Source: Raillietiella orientalis (taxonomy: Eukaryota). Taken from it: a stretch of 64,000 nt of DNA. Under the pieces are notes generated by a model. The model worked only from the letters and a program-made list of their open reading frames with translations, was not told the origin of the DNA and did not search any database. Of this stretch, positions 1-11,899 are shown piece by piece. The DNA is taken from contig JAYWIR010000005.1 in NCBI GenBank assembly GCA_036172245.1, positions 5,394,001 through 5,458,000 on the forward strand, written 5' to 3'. The translations under genes were made by a program, and so were the position numbers. How positions within the stretch are numbered: the stretch's first letter is position 1; every line of letters begins with the position of its first letter.

Positions 1-183
1 GTTAAATATACTGAACTTGTCAACTTGGTGAGATATATAGGGAAGTGATGCCTGTGCTGCTTATCGACAAATCCCTGAATTCTGAGCGATTCAGTTTGAT
101 CCCAATTCAGCTTCGGTGTAGAGTTTTCCACTACCTCCACGCCTGGTGTCACTCGTTTTGTTTGAATACACAGATATTTACTT

Positions 184-211
184 TGTGTGTGTGTGTGTGT
201 GTGTGAGTGTG
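184..211. repeat. (TG)n microsatellite
   Basis: 11 perfect TG units at 184-205, followed by AG TG TG. Confidence 0.95.
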
Positions 212-1499
212 AATCCATTTTAGTTTGCTTCCGTTCAACACTGGGAAATCATACATTTGTTTCGAGCAAGTCAGGAAATATCAGCTGCTACGTTACTGAG
301 TATATTGCTGGAATAAACGTTGCATGATTTTACTTTGTCTTCCGTGGCTTTCTGAAAGCAACGAAATATCAGTTAGAACACAGAATTTATTAGATATCCT
401 CGATTTTGATCATAACCTCGTGTTTGTGACTGGTGGGCTCTAGAGGGCAGAATAAGAGTCAATGTAAAAATGTCTTGCTTTAATGGAATGCTGATTGGAA
501 ACTTTGTATGGTAAATTATCATTCATTAGAATTTTCTTAAGCGACTGAGTATTTTTTTTAATCATTTAAAGGACACAGATTTTCTTGATACGAAATAATC
601 ACAAATTCTGATCAAAAGAAGAAGCATGGACTACAAAGTTTAGCATTTCGGTGTGTAGTCTTAAGTTGAAACAAGGGTCTTTGTACATACGTATATAAGA
701 ATAGATGTATAGAAGAATAGACTGAATTCTGAAACTGCGAAGCACAACTCACTCACTACTCTAATGTGGGAGGAGTTGAGACCTAGCTGTTGCACTTGAA
801 AGTGTATCTAGGCAATAGTTAAGACGAAATATTACTCTGAGGAAGATTATCCACTTTAATGGAAATTGCTGATCGTGACCTGATTGCCTAGTGATAAAGG
901 AAAGTGTCCAAAACAAAGCTAATAGCTAAGTGAATGCCTTTGGATCAGAGTGAATGGACATTAAAAAATTGACTTGAGGAACTGAAATCATAAAAAACAC
1001 TGGTGTTTTTATATCTTATGCGCTTCAATCCAGCATAATGTGCTCGCATCGTTGGACTCCAGCTATGAGGAAATAAAAGGATAGAACAGAAATGAACTTG
1101 TTCATAATTATTTTGATAGCAACAAAACTTACAAATAGCTATTTCTAAACATAAGTAGTATTGATTTGAAAGTTGTCAGCATGCAATGCAAATGATAAGT
1201 GATTGAATGAAATGTCACAGTTAGTTCGGAAGAGAGAATGGAAAGGACAACGGGAGGCACAAGATGAAGGATTTGTTGAGAATTCACCTGAAATACTTAA
1301 TCAAGCATATGAAGAATTTGTAGTAGGTATGCGGTTTCCAGGATGCCCACTACAAGTCCTCCACATGTTTTCATATAATCTTGTGTTCATGTGAAAATTA
1401 CATCAAAAGTATGAATGCTGGAAACTTGGCATCTACTACTAATGCATCTATCACATAAATACAGGATGGTACTCACTTTTCTACCTTGCAATGTGGAAT

Positions 1500-3990
1500 T
1501 TCTTTGTATCCGGGAAGAATCTACATAGAGACAAAAAGGTTCTTTAGAACTTTACACGGTCGGGTTAATAAAGTCGTATAAGTGAAGCGAAAGAAGAGGT
1601 GATTGGAGACGGGTATGAAGACTGACTCTTCAAGGTTAAGAGATTGATCGGGGAGTCCTGAGATGTGGAAATGAGTAAAATTAAACTAAGATAACATAGT
1701 GTTCTTTACGGAGAACTTAAACTGTATAAAAGCTCGGTATTAAGTAAGGAGTTTAGGAATCAGGTGAACATTTACTTGCATTAATGATCAGTACTGCATG
1801 ATTTGACTCTAAAAGCACATGAGCTTCACTCAGTGCTATCGATGAAAGGTCCAGGAGGAGGAAGCCATTTTGATTAAAATTAAAGCATACCTTTATGTTA
1901 GAACAAGAATTGTTTGAAGGGCTATGGGTAATACTGAGGGTGTCAATCCTGACGTTGGTTTGGCAGGAAGTTCTGAAGAAGGAGTTGTGGAGTTTAAGTT
2001 CTAGTAAGACGTAGATGACCTTAGTGCAGTCTCAAGTTTCTAGTTTAGAAAAGACTTCAAGAGTGAACGCATAGAAACAAAGTTGGGTTTTGTATTCATG
2101 TTGAGGGATATGGGTGGTTCATTTCAGGAACTGGGAAAGGAGAGAGCAGGTTGTCGAGAAGGGAAGGGGATGCATTCAACTTTGGTTATCATTTTGAAAA
2201 CTGAAGGTGTTTATTTTGGTGTCATGACTGAGAGGATATGAGAATATATGGATACCTTCAAGTGCCAGTTCAAGTGCCTTCTTTAAATCAGAAAGGTTTC
2301 CGCATATTGTATTATCATTATTGTTGCGGGGAAAGCGGTTCATGTCAAAGGCTATTGAATGGAGATAAAATGCAAATTGAAGAGGTGCATTATGTTTTGT
2401 AGGATGTCGAGGACGTTGGCCTAGTTCCGGAGTTTTCAGTATAATTTGATAAATTGGTTGTCTAGAGACGTTTCTGACGCACCGAATTTCAGGATGGCAT
2501 TTGTATGTGCTTGTTTCAATTTGAAAGTGGCTTTTGTTTATCGATGGGAAATTGATAGCTGGTTCTTGTTGATAGCAGTGGTTGTGGTGCGTGAAGGGTT
2601 GTTTGTAATTTAAAATGTGGTCACGACGGAAAAAGTCCTTGATGCTGTCAGGATAAATTGATGTTCAGGTGATCAAAAGTTGAGGCACTGCCTTTATTTA
2701 AAAAATACACACAACTTTTATCCAGAAGTATTTTTTAAAAGGAAACTTCTATACTATACCAGCGTCCAAAGGCTTTTGCACTTGTGAAGACATTGCTGGA
2801 AGTCTTCAGTTATTAAGTGATTGAGTTTGTCCTTTTCACTGTTGTCTCCGCCTTTGTGGATAGATGGATCTTATCAAACACTTTGCCTTTCAGCTTACTT
2901 TGAATTAAGCGACAAGAAAATAATCATGGGAGAAGGTCAGATGAATCTTGAAGGCACAGAGATGCGTTTGAGGAACAAAATTCTCAAGTGGAGGAAACAG
3001 ACTACTGTCGATTCCAGTGGGATATCCGGAGGAGAGAGTAATCTTGTTGGATAATTAGTAAGATGATACAATGGATTGTGTTCCCAATCGAGTAATTATT
3101 GAAAATGATAGTAATAGAGTGCACATTTTGCATCCTTTATAATAAACATGAAATTTTCAACCTAATCCGTAAGGAACTCAGATTATGAGTCAAAATCTAA
3201 AACTAAAGCATACCAACTTTTATACTGAATCACTCATTCGATTTATTGCGCACGCTATCCGAGCTTCTTAATTAGCAGGAAAATTCAATGGAACCGATTT
3301 ATTGGAGCCTGCAAATTCAAATTATTTGAGGTTCACAGTCCATTCTATATCTGACTCTGAGAAAATGCTTCACGAGTGCATCATTTCGTTTTATATGAGT
3401 GAGTTAATCCAAAGTGAACACATTTTGAGGAACTCATTGAACGGTTTTCCCGATTTGTTCGGCTGTCAAAAAATGCTTCTTAACCGAATGCTATCTTCAA
3501 GAGTGCAAAGAGTGCCTGATGTAAGACATGCGGCCAGGAATGCTTTGAGAAAATGAAGTTGAGGTCGGTAAAATAAATGCTGTGAAACCAAGGCTGCATA
3601 AAAAGATGAATCTTACATAGAACAATTTGCTCCACAAGGGTTACGACCATGTGGAAACCGGGAACTACCTGGGGTATGGTAAAGTTCTTTTGCTTTCAGT
3701 AGAAATTTAATTTGTCGTTGATGAAGAGACACTTGCTTGGAATCATTTGACTGAAAAATTGCTCTATCATCAGGAATTATTTGAAACACTGTAGTAGGCT
3801 TTCTAGGTTTTCGTTTATCTTCCCAGTTTATCCGCAATTGGATATTTGTTTCACTTAATTAAGGGTGAAATCCTGTGTGACGTTATCCTCTGTATTTGGA
3901 AAATTGTGAGGATTCAGAGACTTTCCAAAAATCTTTTTCGTCCCCGCTTATGACCATTCTGTTGAGTCCAGTGGTCCTTTCGTCCATCGC
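1500..3990 (-). mobile_element. Highly decayed Ty3/gypsy LTR-retrotransposon gag-pol remnant (boundaries approximate)
   Basis: Minus-strand translation with stops and frameshifts gives motifs in gypsy order: gag-like 'NDALVKHF..NGL' (~3340-3390); RT/RNase H connection 'RTFSVVTTF...NKNQL...KATFKLKQAHTNAILKFGASET' (~2470-2650); RNase H-like 'NTICGNLSDLKKALELALEGIHIF' (~2240-2315); integrase-like 'NVHLIP' (~1757-1775) and 'HISGLPD' (~1647-1667). No LTR pair found. Confidence 0.5.
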
Positions 3991-4099
3991 TGTTTCTGAA
4001 GATAGGTTTAGATGTATTCAAAGGCATGATGATTTAGGCACGCGGAATGAGAGTTCCGTGACAGTCATTTGTCCGATTCTAGTTGGTGCGAATGTGCGT

Positions 4100-4140
4100 C
4101 ACGTGTGCCCGCGCACGTAAAATGAGCTCATTGGTGCGCA
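4100..4140 (+). promoter_or_regulatory. Candidate proximal promoter elements of the 4239 gene
   Basis: E-box CACGTG at 4100-4105, inverted CCAAT (ATTGG) at 4130-4134 and TGCGCA at 4135-4140, in a CpG-containing patch 100-140 bp upstream of the ATG. These motifs are short and could be chance. Confidence 0.3.
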
Positions 4141-4238
4141 ATTGAAGAATGAGAGGATAAAAACACCTCGCTAATCTTTTGAATCACAAATACGCGAACT
4201 GCGGTTTGTAATCGATTTATTTTCGTCTGAAGTCAAAA

Positions 4239-4511
4239 ATGCCTTATGTGCTTGTCGCTGCAACTCGTCTTGAGTTGGATGTGACTACAGTGTCCGGTTT
4301 AAAAGCTTGTGATTTGTCCGCTCTCGAATTTTTGCCGAAAGTGCGAAAGTCAGCCCACTGTCCTCTTAATACAACATTTCTGAAAGAGCCTGTCATCATA
4401 CTGAATGCCTTGGAAGTCCTGGGTTACCGTGTGATTTCATCCGCTGGATCACGAGCTGGCCTCACGTGGACTTTAAGGAAAAATTTTTCCGAGCCGGAAC
4501 CAGTAAATTGA
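4239..4511 (+). CDS. Small GFRP-fold (GTP cyclohydrolase I feedback regulator-like) protein, 90 aa, intronless
   Basis: Uninterrupted ORF with an invertebrate-type Kozak context (CAAAAATG). N-terminal MPY[VL]L and C-terminal 'P.IILNALE.LGYRV.S..G...LTWTLRK' parallel GCHFR ('MPYLLIS...PRIVLDKLERRGFRVLSMTGVGQTLVWCLHK'). AATAAA lies downstream. Too divergent to assign the GCHFR symbol. Confidence 0.75.
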   Translation: MPYVLVAATRLELDVTTVSGLKACDLSALEFLPKVRKSAHCPLNTTFLKEPVIILNALEVLGYRVISSAGSRAGLTWTLRKNFSEPEPVN

Positions 4512-4662
4512 AATTTGGAATATAAAGTAGGAGGCATTGCATTTATGTATGGTGAAATCACAAACTACATTCCAAAGCAATGGTGATGTTTCTTCATCAT
4601 ATAACAAGAAATTCGTATTTTCTGACGGAGTAATCTCGAATTGAAAGTTTTTCCTGTCTACG

Positions 4663-4668
4663 AATAAA
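4663..4668 (+). terminator. Candidate polyadenylation signal for the 4239 gene
   Basis: First AATAAA after the stop codon, about 150 nt downstream, followed by T-rich sequence. Confidence 0.45.
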
Positions 4669-6810
4669 AATGTACTTTTTAGAGCCTAATTTGACTGGTA
4701 TCTATTTATCATTGCGGCCAATAAGGGTGCACCCCCATGTATTTACTAACACAAAATTATTTTTAATTTGAAGGAATTCATTGTTTCTCGTTTGCTCATT
4801 GCTAATCATAAGTGATGACCAGCATACGTTTGTTAACGGTCAACAGCCGATACCGTTTCAGCATTATGACAGCCCTTGCATTCGGTATCCAGATTTTGTT
4901 TTCCTTAGCTTTTAAAGCCAACAGTGGTCTTGTATTCTACTTTTTCATTGTTGTCTGGCTTCTATCATTTAATTGTAAACAAAAGCTGGCCAGTAATGCA
5001 GACATGAATATTCTCTTAAAGATAAACGCTGATGATAGAAAAGTGTTATGAAATTACATCAAGCTTCCTAGTAGGCACAGTGAACTGTGTTTCTTGCAAA
5101 CCTAAGTGTTGCCATAACTCTAGGTCGAGCACAAATAATTACTCTGCAGTTTGCAGCATTGATAGAAAGTGATTTATGATAGTTATATTAATGCAAAACT
5201 TGGAAGAAACTTCCAGTACCATAAACTTCAGTGGACTTTCTTGATTTCTAAACTTTTGGGAGACCCTTGAGGTAGAAATGCACAAATTTTGAAATAAATT
5301 TGTTTACGGATTTATTTCCAATTTGAAGACTGTTTGAAGTATGTAATTCGTGATTAATGAATGATCTTGTTGACCTCTTGTGAATCAAAGATTACTGTTT
5401 CTGATTTATCCAATCAAACAATTGAAAAATTTCATGTGCTAAGTAGTATTCACAACCTAGTAATGAATGAACTTGAAAACTCAAATTTGTTTACAAATTT
5501 GATTTACCAGTTTTCGTATTTTTTTTATTAAAGGTATTATGTGATTAAAAGCAATGATGCACCTAACTTCTACAGTTACAAAGTGCCATTACATACTTCC
5601 CTTAATTATCATCATGAGATTCTTAATTTCATTTGAAGAGGATGCAGTCATATTGTACATTGTATTAGTTGTGTATGGTTCTTTCATGAAATCAGTACCC
5701 AAGATTATAAAAGTTTAGTTACAGTTCAACTATCATAGCTTCCTTGACTTGTGCACCTCATTATTGTTTACATACATTTTGTTTGAAATACCTGGGATGG
5801 GTGGCAAGCAAAATTTGATAAATGCAAAGGATATGGCTTATTTATATCTTGAAAATAGATTCATGTAATAGATAATTGTCGAAGTATTTAACAAATCATT
5901 ATAAATATTCAACCAGAGGAAAAGCATTTCAGTCCTTTTTATTTAAACCCCATGTCATATATAAACTAACCTAGCAGCCAGATAAAAAAGTCATTGTATT
6001 TTCTATGCAAGGGACTGAGTACCTGAAATTAAATTGAGTAAAAGTGATGGAAATATCATCACGAAGTCACATCAGCTTGATTGAATGTTTTGATTTAGAA
6101 ACCCATTATTTCTGTTTCATGTTCCTGCAAAGGTTATAAACGGTTATCTTTTGTTTAAAAGGCAAAAGATGTGTGCAGTGAGCTTGCATAGATTTGGTGA
6201 ACTAAAAAACGTAGTTTAAACCTCCTCAATACTGAGTTTATGTGAATTAGAGAGCATCTGCATTGAAGCATAACTGATTCCATGCTTTCATATTTCATTT
6301 TTCACCTTTGCATTTTTATTTTGCTGCACTAACAATGCTTTAATACTTGTTTCTTGGAAGGCCAGCATGTACTCCAACCACTGGAACAATTTGTAGCTAA
6401 GGTTTACCTTCTGATTGCTGGACCATTTATTTGAAAATAAAAAAAATTATGCAGTTAGCAAAGGACTGACAACTGCCAGTCCAAAAGGAAAACGACTGCT
6501 CCCACTGGGGACAGAACTAAGAAGTGGAGGAAGAGGAGGTGACATAATAGATCGGAATTATAGTAATGAGCACAATTCTTGAGAACCTTCATCTGGTAGG
6601 GATGGAATGAGGGAAAGTATGTGTTCAGAGGTTTTTAGTCACCTGTCTAGTGGATACTTGCGATCCTCCTTTCCTGGTTCACCCACACCTTAGGTGTATG
6701 AGAGTGGAAGAGCCTTGCTATAGCCCCCATGTGGTGGCGTTGTCGAGCTGTTCCATTGCCCCTAGCAACGGTTCTTAAGCACTTAGCGAAGCCCCCCTCC
6801 CCTTTCCCCC

Positions 6811-6838
6811 AAAGAAAAGAAAAGAAAAGAAAAGAAAG
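6811..6838. repeat. (AAAAG)n simple repeat
   Basis: About 5 AAAAG units. May be the T-rich 3' UTR of the adjacent minus-strand LINE remnant. Confidence 0.85.
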
Positions 6839-6959
6839 GAAAACCGAAAACAAAAAGAATTAAAAAAACGGAAGGATGTGACAAGCAGCAAATGAATCAC
6901 TACCGTTTTATTGCCCTTCGAACATAGGCAATTGACATTACAAAGGGCTCTCCGGGATG

Positions 6960-7265
6960 ATAGCCTTCATTTTTGCCACCATCTTTGATCGCAAGTGTCA
7001 GAAGATCGCCAGCGAGGAAACAACCGAAAAATCTGGAGAAGTGAACAATTCCTTAAGCAGGTTTTGTGGGGCAGGATAGGAGAACTGAAGTGTCTCAGTG
7101 TGCTTCCATCCCCGAAACAACCTTCCTCATTTAAAGAGCACGTGCGGCAGTTTCCACCATCCTGCAGTGGACCGTACTCGTTGGACCCTCTCCCTGCTGA
7201 GGTGTGGTTGACCTTCCTCATTACTGGGGGACAGCCGAATATGATAGGGCCGTGTCCAACTGATC
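6960..7265 (-). mobile_element. Decayed L1/Tx1-like LINE ORF2 C-terminal (zf-RVT) fragment
   Basis: Frameshifted 'FGCPPVMRKVNHTSAGRGSNE / MVET / LPHVLFK*GRLFRGWK' parallels 'WGFHSNQRTNRVSGGVVSPKCKRCGEVETLPHLLLDCGALLELWR' in the 42.2-42.9 kb copy. Confidence 0.45.
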
Positions 7266-7399
7266 CATTGTAATTTAATGTGTGTGGTGGGCACATTGTG
7301 TAGATGTGTGTGTGATTTCGCTTCATATATAAGGAGAAAAACTATTGAACCTACTAACAGTATTTGGTTACCATGAATGAATGACCTTCCTTAAAAGCA

Positions 7400-8330
7400 T
7401 CAAATAATATGGCGATTCACGCAAGACTAATCGAATCATTCAGTCAAAGCAAAACCTTCTCTTCCATCGTCGTCTATATGAAGCAGACTGCGGCATGTTC
7501 TCATGGTCTGAAAAGTGGCTTCCTACGGGATCTTGATAATACGAAGCAATGACCCCACTGTATTGGAAGTATGCTTCGCCCCAAGCGTTGGTTCCTGAAA
7601 CGAACGTGCAGATCTTGATCATTAATTAGCAAACGCTAATGGTTTTTGGGATCTTATCAAGATTTTTAGCGCCACGATCTGATCAACATCTGATAGAATG
7701 ATACCAGGAAAACATTCCTTTTTTTGTGATAGAGAGCACCAAGTTGGCTCATCAGGTGCTTCAGCCGAAACAGGACCTAAACTGGTCTCGAGTTTATGGA
7801 ATGGTTGCACAGAAGTTCATTCCGCAAGAGATCAATGCTTTCTCGTATCTCAGAAAGTAATAGGTGCTTTTTTCACGATGATGCATTATCTGTTGATACA
7901 GATAAGTTATAAATATGAAAGATACAATGAGGAAGATGTTTTCATGTGCCGCCATCAGCGTGTTACTTTTAGTACAGGCAGTGAACTAGCGTTCCTGTTT
8001 CTATGAAACAGCAACACCATCTTGGAGGCATGTTCGAGCCTATGAAAATCACGTATTCGCATCTTTTTTGGAAAATTTTTTTGACCACTTTGAGATTGGT
8101 TGGTAAGATTACTGGATATGATCTCTCTGGTCTCATTCACCCTGAAATGATGCTCGGGAAAAAAAAATTGGCTCAAAGGTGTCGAACAGCTTGATGAACG
8201 ATCTACAGGGATTCTATGCAGTGAGTGGGTATTGTTTGGCATGAATGTGGAGTATATAATATATGAGTGAAAGTAAGAGGATGACTGAAGGAAGTACGAA
8301 ATCTTATCTATGAAAGGCTAAAATAAATAT
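7400..8330 (+). mobile_element. Possible decayed L1/Tx1-like ORF2 3' fragment
   Basis: 'LNWSRVYGMVAQKFIPQEINAFSY' followed by 'CFYET / HLFWKIF' resembles the zf-RVT region. Many stops. Confidence 0.3.
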
Positions 8331-8693
8331 GAAGATTAGAGCAGCTATGGTATTTTTATCAACACCTTGGATCGAGCATAATCTTTTCTCGTGCATGGAA
8401 CGTGGTCGTCTAGTTTTAGCAATGAGTGAGTGTCAGATATCAACGGGTGCGGTCCAAGGTCCAAAAGGCATACTGTAAGATCGTCTGGAATCTACGTATC
8501 CCACACTTCAGGACATTCTGTTTGCACACATCAACCGACATGGCTTTAATAGCCTAATATGTCGAGTATTGTAATTTAAGTTTTCTTAGCGGGTTTCTTC
8601 TGAGCACTCAAGGGAATGAATGGACTCTCCTGCAATTTCTCAATCCCTCATGCTTTTCATTCCAGAGTTGTTCCGGCCTTTGGGAAATCCATA

Positions 8694-9040
8694 CAGTGGT
8701 ACCTCGGCACTCTTTGGTAATTTGTCTCGGAACTCGTGACGAGTACCGAAACAAACGAGTACCGAACGGATTTCCTTCTAGGCTTCGTGGTATTATTTTT
8801 TACCATTTTAGGACCCAAGAGTGACGCCTAAAATGTCCAGAAAGCACACAAAAAGGAAAGATTCGGGAGGCACTCTATGGAAGTATTCGGCACTGTTCGC
8901 GAGCCACCATGAGACGAAAGTGTTCACTTGTTTCATCACGAGAATGCGGTGTCGAGTTCCGAGCATGCGCCGAGTGTCGAAACATTTTTTTCTCGTCAAA
9001 ATGCGACGGGTCGAGACCGTCGAGTACCGAGGCACCACTG
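8694..9040. mobile_element. Tc1/mariner-superfamily (Tigger/pogo-like) MITE, 347 bp
   Basis: Left end CAGTGGTACCTCGGCACTC matches the reverse complement of the right end, CAGTGGTGCCTCGGTACTC (17/19). TA duplication at 8692-8693 and 9041-9042. Internal CGAGTACCGA repeats. No transposase. Confidence 0.92.
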
Positions 9041-11899
9041 TATTGCATGATTTGTGCTCATCCAAGTCGAAAACAGTTAGCAGTTGCAGAGAGCTTTATT
9101 CTGGAATAAGCATCTTGCTTCCTTGAACATGGTGGTATGTATCAATGTTACAGACCCACTGACATTCGCTCTAAATTCCATTACATCATTCCACTTCAGA
9201 ATCACCAGGCTCATAGACCGTTCCAACAAACTTCAGTGTCATCCGATTCCTATATCACCACATAAAAACATGCTTCCCGTACTAATTCTAACTGTAACTC
9301 GCCATTAAATTCCAGAATGCCATTATTTTCGGCTAGTATTCGTGTGCTGTGTAATTCTGGAGTCCCTCTCTTCAGAAACTCCGCCATTTCAGACTCATGA
9401 CTGTTCTTCAAGCCTACAAAACTTCACTTGCCGTATTCTAGCTTCCCTTGAGGCCATTGCGCGTTTTGGGGATGGATGGAGTGTCATCGCTTTTGTAAGC
9501 ATGCGCTTCTCGACTACCCAAACATAAACCCGATCATTCTTCCATACTCATTCTGCTATTCTTTCCCTATCTAAGATTTCTAAACAAAAAAAGGGACCTC
9601 TGACAACCTGAAGACAAAATACGAGCGACCTTGAAATTTCCAATGAGCGATATGCAAATATAAAGATAAGCACAACGGAAGTTGCCATGGTGGTTCTCTC
9701 TAATATTATTTCCGTGAGTCGTAACCTCAACTGATGTCTCGAGACAGACGCTGAGTCCGGATCCAGCGACTCAGGGCAGAACGGCGCACAGTTTGTGCAC
9801 CTTTGGTCACGCTCGCTAAGATGCCCGACCTTGTTTGCAGCAAAACATCAAGAAAACGGAGACCGATCTCATCACACCAGCATTTTGCACCAACAAGGAC
9901 CAGGAAAGGAAGGAATCTGAAACCATGGAAAAGTAGCCTCTTCACAGAATCCCTTCCGAGAATTTCGCTCCAACCTGACCCTCCTTTTTCCAATCGTGCC
10001 TGGGACGTACACTTCTTATATAACAACTAAGGCAAAAAGCTGTCTGGAATCTTGGAATTTCATGGAAATTTTTTACCTCAGTGGTTGCCTTAGCCGTTTT
10101 TTGCCTATTCGTCCTGAGTCTTGTATCTGTAACATATCATGTGTTTATTGCTAGGAGTTGAACTCGTTGCAGGAGAGTGGTGCAGATAAAGCCAAACCTC
10201 CAGAAGAGTGGCCTCACACCTTGAGGCTGAACTTATCTAAGCGCTGCCGTACATTTCAGGAGTTGAAAGTTTGATGCTGAAAGATGCATCTATTCGTTGG
10301 GGAAGAAACTCTTCAGAATTTCAAGCTCTTGTTTTACGGGAGGCGGGATTCTGACTTGAAAATTCTAGAGGGAGGATGCGAAACAGGTGCTACGACCGCC
10401 TTGATCATCACTTTGGTCTTTTTTCCTTCTCCTTAGATGACTCTACCGAGCTGAGCGGTTGGGCGCTCAGTATACCCGTGAGATGGTGCCCCACACCATT
10501 TGTTTTCTATGATGAAGAGAAGTCTCGGTTTGCATTCCAAAGCAAGGCTTGCTCGCCCCAAACACGTGGAAGATGACAGCAAACCGAGACTCTTTGCACA
10601 AGAGAAGCAATCCTCATATTTGTCCCTGTAGCGATGCTTAGAGTGTTGAACACTCCTAAGAATGGAAAGTCAATGTTTTCCTGATCTCCAATCTCCTATT
10701 CTGACGAACAAGCATCTCCTGGCTGAAGGGTAATCATCTGGACCAAGCTATCTCAAAGAGCATATCCATCACTGATGGTCCTGTTGAGTTTCTAATGTTG
10801 ATGACTCTGCTCTTTGGCCGTGAGAAATAAGGGAATTGCATCCAAGCTGCAGAAACATCTTCCATTGGTAGTCTATGAAAATTTGTCAGTAGCACAAGTA
10901 AAAGGGCTTTTTCCGGCAATCCTGCGAGGCCTCCCATATGGTCATATCGCAACTCCGTGACACACAAATTCTGTTCAGGCAGCATGCTGGTAACATAGCC
11001 TCTGGGAACCTAAATGACCTGCATTGTGTGAACCTATTTTATCGCATATTTTTTTTTTGGCTTCAGAGGGAAGATGCGGCAGCAGAACCGGTTTTATATT
11101 GAATTCCTCGTGACAATATGACAAGCGTGACTGAGTTCCTTTCATCCTACTTCACCAACACCATCGGCACTCAGCAGTGCTGAGCCTTCCAAGAACAACT
11201 GAAGAAATAACATGGTCTTCAGAGGCATAGGGATCGCATTTCCTGTACATAGTTCTGATTCTATGTACAGAAAATACGATCCATGTTCCGTGTACCTTGT
11301 GATTCTCTTCATTACTCCTCACTGAAGCTTCCCTTCAGTGCAACATCTGGAAATATTTGTGAAACATTACATGGAAATCGTTTGGAAGACCCATCAAGTG
11401 ACTACCTTGTAACTTTACAGCAGCTCCTTCGTGGAAACCGAGACTGCATCGGTGCAGCAGCATTCGCCTTAGAAATTCTTGCTTTTCCGACCAGTAGAGA
11501 GCGGTGTGGTCCCAACTGACTCCAATATCTGATGTACTTACGGGAACAGGAAGCCCGTCCTGCTCCCCTCTTGTCACTCTTTGCCATGCACTCCACAAAC
11601 TCTTCTAGACAAGAGATATGCACAGAGTCTGTGCACTGTTTTCTTCCAAGTTCGGAAAATATCTTTAATCCTTATCTCAGATATATTTCTTACCATAGCA
11701 TACCTGTACATCCTGCTTGTCTTTTGCCTCCAGGAAGCATTCAGAACAAATATCTTCTTTATGACATTTTAGTGTCTCGTACGAGTCACAGCTTGCGGTC
11801 ATTTCAACGCTTGCATTCTTAACTCTGGTTAATTAAAGCTTTAGGGAACGCTCCAGGGCAAACATTTTGAACTCCCCCAGGATGAACTGATTTTCGATT

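Noticed and set aside
3876..4063. 5' LTR of the gypsy remnant (TGTCAC start on the minus strand)
   Set aside because: No second LTR copy or primer-binding site found.
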